From Alkalispirochaeta sp. (GTDB lineage Bacteria > Spirochaetota > Spirochaetia > DSM-27196 > Alkalispirochaetaceae): a DNA stretch of 64,000 bases. The position numbers and the translations under genes are program-made. Positions 20,441-29,775 of the stretch are shown here, piece by piece; within the stretch, counting starts at the first letter, position 1; each line of letters opens with the position of its first letter. Under the pieces are notes generated by a model. That model did not search any database. It was not told where the DNA came from and was given only the letters and a program-made list of their open reading frames with translations. The DNA lies in assembly GCA_965242725.1 (NCBI GenBank), contig CBDESZ010000003.1, forward strand, positions 1-64,000, written 5' to 3'.

Positions 20441-21310
20441 ATGACCGGTCCGCTGAGTCTGAACACCGCCACCATCGCGGAAAAGGACGTCTTTGCCCAA
20501 ATTGCCGTCGCCGCCCGTGCCGGGTACGACGCGATCGGGCTGTGGATATCCGATCTTCTTCAAAGTGAACTTCGTCACAATCGGCGGGGAGCCCCGCGCC
20601 CCGGCGTCACCCCGCCGCCGGGCGGTCCCTCCGGAGACTTCCTCACCGCCGTACGCGCCGCCGTGGACGAGGCGGGGCTCGCAGTCAATGAGCTCTCCTT
20701 CGTCAAACTTGCGACCTCGGCGGGCCGGACCCTTGATGACATTACGCGCGCGGTAGACGAGGGAGCCCGCATCGCCGCCGCCCTGGAGTGTCCCCTCCTC
20801 GTCGCCACCGTGGCGGCGGCGCCGGGTGAAGAGGACGTGACGGCCCGACAGCTGGGAGAGCTATCCGCCCTTGCCGCCAGCCGGGGCGTCCGTATCGCCG
20901 TGGAGTTTTCCGCCGGCGCGTTGCGATACAACAGCCTGGAGCGGACGCTTCCCCTCGTCGACGACGGAGGGGCGCTCATTCTTCTGGACACGTTCCACTT
21001 TTTTGTTGGAGACTCAAGCCTCGATTCCCTGTCCGCCCTCGATCCGGGGCGGATCGGGCTGATTCATATTTCGGACGCAGAAAAGCACTCAATACGGCGC
21101 CTTCGAGAAGTGAAACACGATCTGAGAACCTACCCGGGAGACGGGTTCCTGCCGATCGTACCGTTTCTCAAGGCGCTTGAGATGATCCGGTACCGCTCCT
21201 CCATCTCCCTGGAGATCTGGAACGGGAGGATACACGGTGAAGAGAGTGATGCCGTCGCGACGCGGGCACGAAACGCATTGCGGCGTCTGCTCGACGATGT
21301 CCTGTCGTAA
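20441..21310 (+). CDS. Sugar-phosphate isomerase/epimerase (xylose-isomerase-like TIM barrel)
   Basis: AGYDAI, VEF, LLDTFHF, IHISDA, R..PGDG, SLE metal ligands. Confidence 0.85.
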   Translation: MTGPLSLNTATIAEKDVFAQIAVAARAGYDAIGLWISDLLQSELRHNRRGAPRPGVTPPPGGPSGDFLTAVRAAVDEAGLAVNELSFVKLATSAGRTLDDITRAVDEGARIAAALECPLLVATVAAAPGEEDVTARQLGELSALAASRGVRIAVEFSAGALRYNSLERTLPLVDDGGALILLDTFHFFVGDSSLDSLSALDPGRIGLIHISDAEKHSIRRLREVKHDLRTYPGDGFLPIVPFLKALEMIRYRSSISLEIWNGRIHGEESDAVATRARNALRRLLDDVLS

Positions 21311-21362
21311 GATTCACCGGACGCGCCCCACGGGGCGTACACAGACTATACTGGAGGCACAC

Positions 21363-22349
21363 ATGGCCGTAGAAACGCGAGCCGCCCTGCTCAAGGGCCC
21401 ATACGATATCGAACTCATCGACCGCACCCTGGAGTGCGGTCCCGATGAAGTGATCGTGAAAAACCACCTCGTCGGCATTTGCGGAACCGACAAGAACTTC
21501 TACCGGGGAATCCTGCCGGAAAAGACGGCGGAGTTCCGCCAGGACCCCACCTTCCCCTTCTACCTCGGACACGAGAGCGGAGGCGTCATCGTGGAGGTGG
21601 GCGAGAAAGTCACCGACTACAAGGTGGGCGACAAGGTTATCGCATTCGGCTGGAACAACAACTTTGCGGACTACTTCAAATCAAAGACGTGGCAGCTGCA
21701 ACCGGCGCCGGACGGTCTGGACATGGACTTTGTCGGACTGGGGGAGCCCATCGCCTGCGCCATGTACTCGGGACTCAACTCGGGGGTGCAGCTCGGCGAC
21801 GTCGTCGTCGTCATGGGCGCCGGCTTTGCCGGACAGATCATCGCCCAGGCGGCCCGCAAGAAGGGCGCCCACAAGGTCATCGTCGTGGACGTCCTGGAGG
21901 GCAAGCTGAAACTCGCCCGTGACCTGGGTGCGGACATCACCGTCAATTCCACCCATGAGGATCCCATGGAGGTCGTCTCCCGGGAGACCGGCGGCGTCGG
22001 TGCGGACGTCGTCGTGGAGGCGGCAGGTTCGGCGGAATCCTTCAACACCGCCTCGGAGATCATTCGCCACAACGGAAAGTTCGTCTTTTACAGCTGGGTG
22101 ACCAAGCCGATCACCCTCAACATCAGCCGCTGGCATGACGACGGGCTGGAGTTCATCAACACCTGTCTCGTCCACCACTCCTGGCGGGAGCGCTACGTCT
22201 GGACGCCGGGAACGTTGCGTCCCGTCATACAGGGCCACGTCGACGTCAGGTCCCTCATAACCCATGAGTTTCCCTTAAGCGAAATCAAGGAAGCCTTTGA
22301 CCTGGCGGACAAGGACGACACGGCGATCAAGATCATCCTTCGGCCATAG
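21363..22349 (+). CDS. Zinc-binding (MDR) sugar/polyol dehydrogenase
   Basis: GICGTD, GHE..G...EVG, EP, GAGFAG; lacks the structural-Zn Cys lobe. Confidence 0.9.
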   Translation: MAVETRAALLKGPYDIELIDRTLECGPDEVIVKNHLVGICGTDKNFYRGILPEKTAEFRQDPTFPFYLGHESGGVIVEVGEKVTDYKVGDKVIAFGWNNNFADYFKSKTWQLQPAPDGLDMDFVGLGEPIACAMYSGLNSGVQLGDVVVVMGAGFAGQIIAQAARKKGAHKVIVVDVLEGKLKLARDLGADITVNSTHEDPMEVVSRETGGVGADVVVEAAGSAESFNTASEIIRHNGKFVFYSWVTKPITLNISRWHDDGLEFINTCLVHHSWRERYVWTPGTLRPVIQGHVDVRSLITHEFPLSEIKEAFDLADKDDTAIKIILRP

Positions 22350-22369
22350 GAAGGGGAGAAGACTCGTGC

Positions 22370-24352
22370 ATGTTTGACGTCGATTTCATCGTACCCTACA
22401 AAGAGTTCAAGAATGTCGTAATTCAGGCGTTTCACGAATTTGAGGAACGCTCGAACTTCAATCTTCACCTCAATGTGCTGGGTTATGAAGAGGCGCAACG
22501 GCACGAGTTCTTCGGCGACATCGTCATCGCCCGGGGCCTCACCGCCGCCTATGTAAAAAACCTCAACCTCGACATCCCCCTCGTGGAAATCCCCATGACG
22601 AGCTACGACGTCATCAAGGCGGTCCATGTGGGGGTAAAGCAGTTCAGGCCGCAGCACATCGCCTTTCTCGGCACGCCGGACATGATCTACGGTGCGGAGG
22701 TCCTGGAGCTCTACTTTGAGACAAAGGTCTCCGCCTTTCCGATCAAGCATGACAACCACACCCGGGAGGTCATAGACGCAGCCCACGCCGCGGGGGCGGA
22801 CCTCTTTATCGGCGGCGACTTCGTCCATCAGGTCGCATCCTCGGCGGGATACCGCTCGGTGCGGATAGACTCGGGGAAGGAAGGGGTCCGGCAGGCGCTC
22901 AATGAGGCGCTGCGTACGATGCACGTTCGCCATCAGGAGCGGGAGCGGACGGAGCGCTTCCGGACGCTTGTGGAAAACGTTCACGAAGGAATCGTTGCGG
23001 TGGACCAGCTCGGCCGCATCACCGTCATTAACAACGACGCCAAGCGTCTGTTGCGGATACGGTGCATGGACTGTGTCGGTCGCTACGCCGCAGAGGTGAT
23101 ACCGGAGATCGACTTCGTCACCCTCTCGCGTCTCAAGGAGCCGGTCTTTGGAGAGCTCATGCAGATCCGGGGCACCTCCCTGACGGCAAACCGCATACCC
23201 ATATCGGTCAATGACGCATTGGTGGGACACCTCATCACCTTTCAGGAGGTCTCCCACATACAGGAGATCGAGTCGCGGATCAGGCAGAAGGTACATCAGA
23301 AAGGTCTCATCGCCCGCTACCGATTTGACGACGTCATCGGCTCCCATCCATCCATTACGGAAACGGTCGCCCTGGCGCACGAATACGCCCGGGCGGGTGC
23401 GGACATCCTCATCGTCGGTGAAACGGGGACGGGCAAAGAGCTCTTTGCCCAGAGTATTCACGCCGAGAGCGAGCGGAAGAACGGCCCCTTTGTCGCCATA
23501 AACTGCGCCGCCCTGCCGGAGTCGCTCCTGGAGAGTGAGCTCTTCGGCTACGTGGAGGGCGCCTTCACCGGCGCCGCCAAAGGCGGCAAGATCGGCCTCT
23601 TTGAGCTCGCCCACAAGGGAACGATATTTCTTGATGAGATATCGGAACTGCCCCCGGCGCTGCAGGGTCGCCTTTTACGGGTCATCGAGGAACGGGAGCT
23701 CATGCGCCTCGGCCACGACCAGATCGTTCCGGTGGACATTCGCATCATTTCCGCGACCAACAAGGACCTCAATGAACTGGTTGAGGCGGGCCAGTTCCGG
23801 GTGGACCTCCTCTACCGGCTCGACGTCCTCCGCCTCAACGTACCGGCGATCCGCAACCGGGGTAACGACATTCGCCTGCTCATAGAGGCATTTCTGGACC
23901 GCTGCGACCGGGCAACTCACGGGCGGTCGCGGACCATTGAGGAGACGAGCTGGCCGTTTCTGCTTAGCCGACCATGGAAGGGCAACGTCCGTCAGATCAG
24001 GAACTTCTGCGAGCGTCTCTCGGTGATTGCAAAGGGATCGGTTATCACCACCGATGAGGTGGTCCGCGCCTACGGCGTCTCGCCCCACAACGACCGCTCC
24101 CATGGAGACGACGGCGGCTATGACCGTTTTGACGGATGTGAGGATGTAGAAGCCTTGCAGCAGCTTGACGGTAGGCCGTTGGAGGAACCCACCGCCGGCC
24201 CCGATCCGTGGGAGGACAAAAACGCCTCGGAGCGGCGCACCATATCCCGTGCGCTGGAACTCGCCGGCAACAACCGGAGCATCGCCGCCCAGTCACTGGG
24301 AATCGACCGCTCCACGTTGTGGCGAAAAATGAAAAAGCTCGGGTTGGGGTAA
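22370..24352 (+). CDS. PrpR-like sigma54-dependent activator (PrpR_N, PAS, AAA+, Fis HTH)
   Basis: IARG.TA..PLVEI..TSYD N-domain, PAS, GETGTGKE, ESELFGY..GAFTGA, FLDEI, LGIDRSTLWRK. Confidence 0.93.
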   Translation: MFDVDFIVPYKEFKNVVIQAFHEFEERSNFNLHLNVLGYEEAQRHEFFGDIVIARGLTAAYVKNLNLDIPLVEIPMTSYDVIKAVHVGVKQFRPQHIAFLGTPDMIYGAEVLELYFETKVSAFPIKHDNHTREVIDAAHAAGADLFIGGDFVHQVASSAGYRSVRIDSGKEGVRQALNEALRTMHVRHQERERTERFRTLVENVHEGIVAVDQLGRITVINNDAKRLLRIRCMDCVGRYAAEVIPEIDFVTLSRLKEPVFGELMQIRGTSLTANRIPISVNDALVGHLITFQEVSHIQEIESRIRQKVHQKGLIARYRFDDVIGSHPSITETVALAHEYARAGADILIVGETGTGKELFAQSIHAESERKNGPFVAINCAALPESLLESELFGYVEGAFTGAAKGGKIGLFELAHKGTIFLDEISELPPALQGRLLRVIEERELMRLGHDQIVPVDIRIISATNKDLNELVEAGQFRVDLLYRLDVLRLNVPAIRNRGNDIRLLIEAFLDRCDRATHGRSRTIEETSWPFLLSRPWKGNVRQIRNFCERLSVIAKGSVITTDEVVRAYGVSPHNDRSHGDDGGYDRFDGCEDVEALQQLDGRPLEEPTAGPDPWEDKNASERRTISRALELAGNNRSIAAQSLGIDRSTLWRKMKKLGLG

Positions 24353-24359
24353 CAAACCC

Positions 24360-24983
24360 TTATCGCAACTGTTTCACTTCTTCATCGGTCAAATAGCGGA
24401 TACCCCCGGCACCGCGCATAAGACAGTAGAGCTTCGCCGTCTCCTCAAGTTCCTCCGCCAGATCTACCGCCGCCTCCAGCGTGGCGGCGACCACCACCGG
24501 TCCGTGGTTCTGCAGGAGGAAGGCGTTTCGTTTTCCCGCCCATGCGGCGATATCGGCGGCGATGCGCCCGTCACCCGGCGGATAATAGGGAATAACCTGC
24601 AGGGTGCCGATTTTCATGACGTAGTAGGGGGTAAAGGGGCGGACGGGCTCATTCACATCAAGATCGTCCCGGCAGGAGAGCATCGTCGCCCAGGTGGAGT
24701 GGAGATGCACGACGCTCCCGCACCCGGGATCGCCCTGATAGAGCGCCATATGAAAGCGCATCTCCTTGGAGGGTCGGTCGCCGGAAACAAGCGCTCCCGT
24801 CGCGTCTACAAGAGAGAGACGCTCCGCATCCAGACGGCCCATGCACGAGCCGGACGGCGTGGCGAGGATCCGGCCGTCCTCCAGCTTTACGGAAATATTT
24901 CCGGCACTGCCTGCGACATATCCCCGGTCAAAGAGGGAACGTCCCAGATCCACCAGCTGTCGTCGCGCTTCCGATTCAGTCAT
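24360..24983 (-). CDS. otnC: 3-oxo-tetronate 4-phosphate decarboxylase (class II aldolase)
   Basis: GRSLFDRGY..GSAGNIS, PSKE..FH, VVHLHST, PFTPYYVMK, L.NHGP, EELEETAK (YgbL/OtnC-like); coupled to otnK. Confidence 0.85.
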   Translation of the reverse strand: MTESEARRQLVDLGRSLFDRGYVAGSAGNISVKLEDGRILATPSGSCMGRLDAERLSLVDATGALVSGDRPSKEMRFHMALYQGDPGCGSVVHLHSTWATMLSCRDDLDVNEPVRPFTPYYVMKIGTLQVIPYYPPGDGRIAADIAAWAGKRNAFLLQNHGPVVVAATLEAAVDLAEELEETAKLYCLMRGAGGIRYLTDEEVKQLR

Positions 24984-26235
24984 GAAAAAACTCCTGGGCA
25001 TGGGCAAAAAAGTCGTCGGAGCCGAAATTCCCCGATTTCAAAGCAAGATACACATCCCGGTCGGTGGCCCTGGTCCAGGGTACGCCCGGGGCGATCTGCG
25101 GACCGATATGAAACGCCTCCAGACCGAGAGACTGGACCACCCGTCCGGAGGTTTCGCCGCCGGCGACGATAAAGTTGGTCACCCCCTCGTCCATGAGGCG
25201 TCGCGCCAGCTCCCCGAGGGTGGATTCAATGGCGTTGCCCACGACGCTTCTGCCGAACTCCGCCTGCGTCTCCGCCAGGCGTTCCGGCGGAGAGGTGGCG
25301 TAGAGCATGCACGCCCACTCGTCGGAAAAATGTTCACGCGTCCACGTTAGAAGCTCCTCAACGTAGTCGCCGTCCTCCACGCATCGTCGGGGATCCACAT
25401 AGCGGGAGGCGGCGAGGGAGCGGTAGCGTTCAACCTGCCGGTTTGTCGCCACAGAGCAGGAGCCCGAGAGGACCACCGTCGGGCCAGGCCGGGGGCGTCC
25501 CTTGTTGGTGGGTGCCGCCGCAGATCTCCCGGCGTGCACCGCCGCCAGTGCGCCGCCCAGACCGGAGGCGCCCGTCACAAAAACAAAATCGGCAACCGCC
25601 CGGGCTATCGTCTCAAGCTGGTCGTCCCGCACCGTATCAAGGACGGCGTACCGGAACCCCTGCGCCTTCGCCTCCGCCAGGCGGGCGCGAAGCGTCTCGG
25701 CCCCCCGGTCGATCACATCGGCGTGGATATCGGTGACCGTCCCCGTCGTCTGGGGCGAAAGGAGGCGTTGCAGCTTTGAATCCCCCATCGGCGTGACCGG
25801 GTGATTCCGCATACCCGACTCGTGAAGGAGCTCGTCATGGACAAAAAGATAGCCCTGGTAGACGGTGCGCCCGTTCACCGGGAGGGAAGGGCAGACGACG
25901 GTAAAAGACTCACCCAGCTTCTCCAGGAGGGTGTCCGCCACAGGGCCGATATTGCCTTCGGCGGTGCTGTCAAAAGTGGAGCAATACTTGAAGAAAAACT
26001 GCGTACAACCCGCCCCCTGCAGCCACGTGAGCGCCTCCTGTGAGGCGGCAACCGCCTCACTTACCGGGCAGGAACGCGACTTCAGGCTGACCACAAACGC
26101 ATCGGCTTGCGCCTGCCCCTCCACCTCGCCCCGGGGAACGCCCAAAAGCTGGATCGTCCTGAGGCCATTCTCCACCAGAAAACCGGCAATATCCGTCGCA
26201 CCGGTAAAATCGTCGGCGATAACACCCACTTTCAT
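24976..26235 (-). CDS. otnK: 3-oxo-tetronate kinase (DUF1537 family)
   Basis: GVIADDFTGATD, LKSRS.P, FKYCSTFDST..GNIGPV, SGMR.HP.TPM.DS, VAGGETSG, LKSGNFG; true start at 26235. Confidence 0.9.
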   Translation of the reverse strand: MKVGVIADDFTGATDIAGFLVENGLRTIQLLGVPRGEVEGQAQADAFVVSLKSRSCPVSEAVAASQEALTWLQGAGCTQFFFKYCSTFDSTAEGNIGPVADTLLEKLGESFTVVCPSLPVNGRTVYQGYLFVHDELLHESGMRNHPVTPMGDSKLQRLLSPQTTGTVTDIHADVIDRGAETLRARLAEAKAQGFRYAVLDTVRDDQLETIARAVADFVFVTGASGLGGALAAVHAGRSAAAPTNKGRPRPGPTVVLSGSCSVATNRQVERYRSLAASRYVDPRRCVEDGDYVEELLTWTREHFSDEWACMLYATSPPERLAETQAEFGRSVVGNAIESTLGELARRLMDEGVTNFIVAGGETSGRVVQSLGLEAFHIGPQIAPGVPWTRATDRDVYLALKSGNFGSDDFFAHAQEFFHD

Positions 26236-26620
26236 ACCGATGGAGCCTATCGGAATACCCGGTCCGGAACAAGCAGAATGGCGGTCGAAAAAAAACTGAT
26301 ATATTTGCTCCGGATCGTTGTCGTTCCGTATTTTTTGTGCATATAATTCTCCAAAAGGATTTATTATGTCGCCAAAACAAAAAGTCAGGGCCATGCATGC
26401 AACCATCATCTTACTTATTGAAATCGTCATTATCGGTGGATTTTTCGTTTCCGCGTCGGTCATGTAGGTCATCCAATCCTCTGTAAATTGAACCATCCGG
26501 TTCCGCCTCGTTTCATTCCCTTCCATCGGTACCACCCGCCTCGCCGGGGCCTCGCAGTCCCGGGCAAATTGGTATATCCTCAATAGGTCAAGACGTAATG
26601 ACATTGAGGAGAGCCGCCAT

Positions 26621-27484
26621 ATGGACAAACCCATCGTCATCGCCGAAATCGGCTGCAACCATATGGGCGACATGGAAATCGCCAAAAAAATGATTCGTGT
26701 CGCCGCCACCTTCTGTGAGGTCGACGCAGTCAAATTCCAGAAACGCACCCCCGGAGAACTGCTCTCCCGCGAAGAATACAACGCACCCCATCCGGTCCCG
26801 GAAAACAGCTATGGCGACACCTACGGTGCCCATCGGGAATATCTGGAGTTCAACACCGACCAGCATCGGGAGCTCAAGGCGTATTCAGAAGAGGCCGGTC
26901 TGATCTACTCGACGTCCGTCTGGGACCTTACGGCGGCAAAGGATATCGTTCCCCTGCAGCCGGAGTTTCTCAAGATTCCCAGCGCCTCAAACCTCGATTT
27001 CGAACTCCTCGGCTACCTCTGTGACAGCTATGGACAACAGATTCACCTCTCCTTCGGAATGACCACCCATGCCGAGGAAGAGAAGATTGTCTCCTTTCTG
27101 GAAAGCAGGGACCGCGCTCGGGACGTCATCCTCTACGCCTGTACCTCGGGGTATCCCGTTCCGGTTGAGGATATCCGCCTCCTGGAAATCACCCGTCTCA
27201 TCAGGACTTTTGGAGATCGTGTCCACGCCATCGGCTTTTCGGGCCACCACAAGGGCATCGCCATGGACATTGCCGCGGCTACCCTCGGTGCGGCATACAT
27301 AGAGCGCCATTTCACCCTTGACCGCACATGGAAAGGGACCGACCACGCCGCCAGCCTGGAGCCCGACGGCATGCGTCGTCTCGCCCGGGATCTTCACGCC
27401 CTCCATCTGGCACTGCAGTACAAGGACAAGGAAATCCTCGATATAGAGGACGTACAGCGCAAAAAACTTAAACGGAAAGTGTGA
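26621..27484 (+). CDS. Nonulosonate (Kdn/Neu5Ac-9-phosphate-type) synthase, NeuB family without SAF domain
   Basis: IAEIGCNHMGD, VKFQKR, KIPSA, CTSGYP, GFSGH, IERHFTLDR..KGTDH.ASLEP; 287 aa. Confidence 0.88.
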   Translation: MDKPIVIAEIGCNHMGDMEIAKKMIRVAATFCEVDAVKFQKRTPGELLSREEYNAPHPVPENSYGDTYGAHREYLEFNTDQHRELKAYSEEAGLIYSTSVWDLTAAKDIVPLQPEFLKIPSASNLDFELLGYLCDSYGQQIHLSFGMTTHAEEEKIVSFLESRDRARDVILYACTSGYPVPVEDIRLLEITRLIRTFGDRVHAIGFSGHHKGIAMDIAAATLGAAYIERHFTLDRTWKGTDHAASLEPDGMRRLARDLHALHLALQYKDKEILDIEDVQRKKLKRKV

Positions 27485-27491
27485 GGCGGAC

Positions 27492-28706
27492 ATGGCCGGT
27501 CGCGTAGTCGCGCTCGTCCCCCTGCGGGGCGGGAGCAAGAGCATTCCCCTCAAGAACATAAAGCCCATCGCGGGAAAGCCGCTGTGTATCTGGTCCCTCA
27601 CGGCGGCGCTGGACTCGGGCATATTTGACGAGGTCATCGTATCCACCGACGATGGACGCATCGCCTCCGTCGTGAAAGAACATACGCCGCAGGTACGTAT
27701 CGTTGACCGACCCGCGGAGCTCGCCACCGATACAGCCTCAACAGAGAGCGTGATGGAGCATATCGCGGAGGTCGTAGACTTTGACATTCTCTGCACCATT
27801 CAGGCGACCTCGCCGCTCACGACGGCAGAGGACATCCGACGGGCATACCGTCGGTTTCAGAATGATGACGCGAACTCCCTCGTCACGGCGGTCCGGGTCA
27901 GACGGTTTTTCTGGAATGACGACGGCACGCCCATCAATTACGATCCCCGCCGCCGCCCCCGGCGGCAGGAGTTTGCCGGCACCCTCATGGAAAACGGTGC
28001 CTTCTATTTCACCACCCGTTCTCTCCTTGCGGAAACGGGCTCCCGCCTGGGCGGCCGCATAGCCGTCTATGAAATGTCCGAGGAGACGGCCGCGGAAATC
28101 GACGAACCCGCGGACTGGGAAATCATAGAGCGTCTCCTCCTGAACCGACTCAGTCGCGGATTCAATGTCGCCGACACCTCGGGACCGGCTGAAAAGGATA
28201 TGGCGACCCGGGTCCGCACCATCTCCTGGTTGTTTGTGGACGTGGACGGCACCCTCACCGACGGATCCATGTACTACTCCGCCCGGGGAGAAGAGCTCAA
28301 GCGCTTCAACACCCGCGACGCCGCCGGTCTCCGACGCCTGCGGGAACACGGCATCAACGTCGGTATCATCACCTCGGAAGACTCCGCCATCGCCCGCGCC
28401 AGGGCGGCCAAACTCAGAATAGAGACCGTCTTCACCGGCGTCGCCGACAAGGCTGCCACCCTCCGTGCCTTTGCCGCCGAACACGCCCTCGATCTCAACC
28501 AAATAGCCCTCATGGGGGACGACCTCAACGATCTTCCCGCCATGAAGATCGTCGGTCTTGCCGCGTGTCCGTCAGACGCCGTACCGGAAGTACGCGCCCA
28601 GGCGCACCGGATCGCCGATGCACCGGGTGGCCGGGGGGCCGTCAGGGAAGTGTGCGAGTGGCTTATCGCGGTTAAAAAACTGCCGGAAAAGCGTGACCCC
28701 CAATGA
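27492..28706 (+). CDS. Bifunctional CMP-nonulosonate synthetase / KdsC-like HAD phosphatase
   Basis: PLRGGSKSIP.KN, VSTD, Q.TSP, ENG..Y, EID...D; C-terminal DVDGTLTDG, MGDDLND, GG.GAVRE. Confidence 0.92.
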   Translation: MAGRVVALVPLRGGSKSIPLKNIKPIAGKPLCIWSLTAALDSGIFDEVIVSTDDGRIASVVKEHTPQVRIVDRPAELATDTASTESVMEHIAEVVDFDILCTIQATSPLTTAEDIRRAYRRFQNDDANSLVTAVRVRRFFWNDDGTPINYDPRRRPRRQEFAGTLMENGAFYFTTRSLLAETGSRLGGRIAVYEMSEETAAEIDEPADWEIIERLLLNRLSRGFNVADTSGPAEKDMATRVRTISWLFVDVDGTLTDGSMYYSARGEELKRFNTRDAAGLRRLREHGINVGIITSEDSAIARARAAKLRIETVFTGVADKAATLRAFAAEHALDLNQIALMGDDLNDLPAMKIVGLAACPSDAVPEVRAQAHRIADAPGGRGAVREVCEWLIAVKKLPEKRDPQ

Positions 28707-28847
28707 CATTCAACGACATTACATACACTCCACCATTTCCGCGATCTTTGAAATTGCATCCGGGAGGGAGACTTCTTCCCGTGACGTCCGCTCCGCTCAC
28801 CGATATACAAAAGCCCTGCAAAAAGATACGATTTTCGCTGCCGCCCC

Positions 28848-29089
28848 TTGCAGAATCATTCCCCTGCGATATACTTCACAGCAACAGAACTAAAAGTGTT
28901 CACAAATTGAACACCGCCTGCCAGGTATTGGAGTAACGACCCGACATCTTTCGGCGCCGTCAAGCTCTTCCCCGTTGATCGCGTTCCGGCCGACATCATG
29001 GGTCCTTCGCAGGTTTCCCGGCAGTTACCCGGCGCCCCGCGCGGAACCGTTCTGCCAATAGCCCCGCTGCGCCCATAACCCGAAAACTC
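28848..29089 (+). promoter_or_regulatory. Promoter, operator palindrome and long conserved 5' leader (copy 1)
   Basis: TTGCAG-N16-TATACT (28848-28875); GTGTTCA-caaat-TGAACAC (28896-28914); leader blocks shared with 40356-40618. Confidence 0.72.
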
Positions 29090-29773
29090 ATGTTCTACGC
29101 TACAGATCCCGCCGAAATAGACAACGCCACGCACCGTCCCATGCAGGAACGGGAGCTGGAAGTTCTCGCCCACGTGCACCAGGCCCAGGCCGACGCCAAC
29201 GGAGGAGAAGCCCCTGCGGAACCGTCCTCCACCGCCAGGCCAGGTTCGTCTTCGGCTGGAAACGTCTCCCAGCGCTCCATTGCCAACGCCCTGGGGATGT
29301 CCCTTGGTCTCACCAACGCCATCCTCAAGCGCCTCTCGGACAAGGGCTTCCTCATGATGCGCCGCATCAACACCCACAACGTCCACTACCTGGTTACCCC
29401 GGAAGGAATCGACCAGATCAGCCGCCGCAGCTACCGCTACCTGCGGCGAACTATCGGCCACGTCGTCCGCTATAAGGAGCGCCTGCGGGAGTTCTGTCGC
29501 CATCAGCGCGAGCGGGGCATACGGGAGATTGTGCTCATTGGCGAGAGCGATCTCACCTTTATCCTGGAGTGGTGTTGTGAGAAAGAGGGGATCGGATTTC
29601 GGCAGGGGGATGATGACGCCGGTCCTGGAGAAGGGGACCGGCCAGCCCATTCCGAGATCCTCCGAGTCTTCTCGGAGCACATACAGAAAAGTGATGATCC
29701 CGACGCCGTGTTATTACACAAAATCGTTCTCGGTTATCTTGAGCCACCTACAGAAAGAGAGAATAAATCATAA
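29090..29773 (+). CDS. MarR-type winged-helix regulator (polysaccharide-locus associated)
   Basis: VSQRSIANALGMSLGLTNAILKRL..KG......Y.VTPEG; small C-terminal alpha/beta domain (IVLIGESD). Confidence 0.88.
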   Translation: MFYATDPAEIDNATHRPMQERELEVLAHVHQAQADANGGEAPAEPSSTARPGSSSAGNVSQRSIANALGMSLGLTNAILKRLSDKGFLMMRRINTHNVHYLVTPEGIDQISRRSYRYLRRTIGHVVRYKERLREFCRHQRERGIREIVLIGESDLTFILEWCCEKEGIGFRQGDDDAGPGEGDRPAHSEILRVFSEHIQKSDDPDAVLLHKIVLGYLEPPTERENKS

Positions 29774-29775
29774 CA

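Noticed and set aside
26339..26353. sigma54 promoter upstream of otnK (TGGAGAATTATATGC, minus strand)
   Set aside because: Only GG-N10-GC matches; too weak compared with the consensus site at 18299.
26236..26781. N-terminal 180-aa extension of the 601-aa otnK ORF
   Set aside because: It overlaps the divergent neuB-like gene, and family similarity starts at MKVGVIADD (26235).
28983..29024. HDV-like ribozyme or known riboswitch in the conserved leader core
   Set aside because: I could not build the nested double pseudoknot or match a known aptamer by eye; kept only as an unknown leader element.
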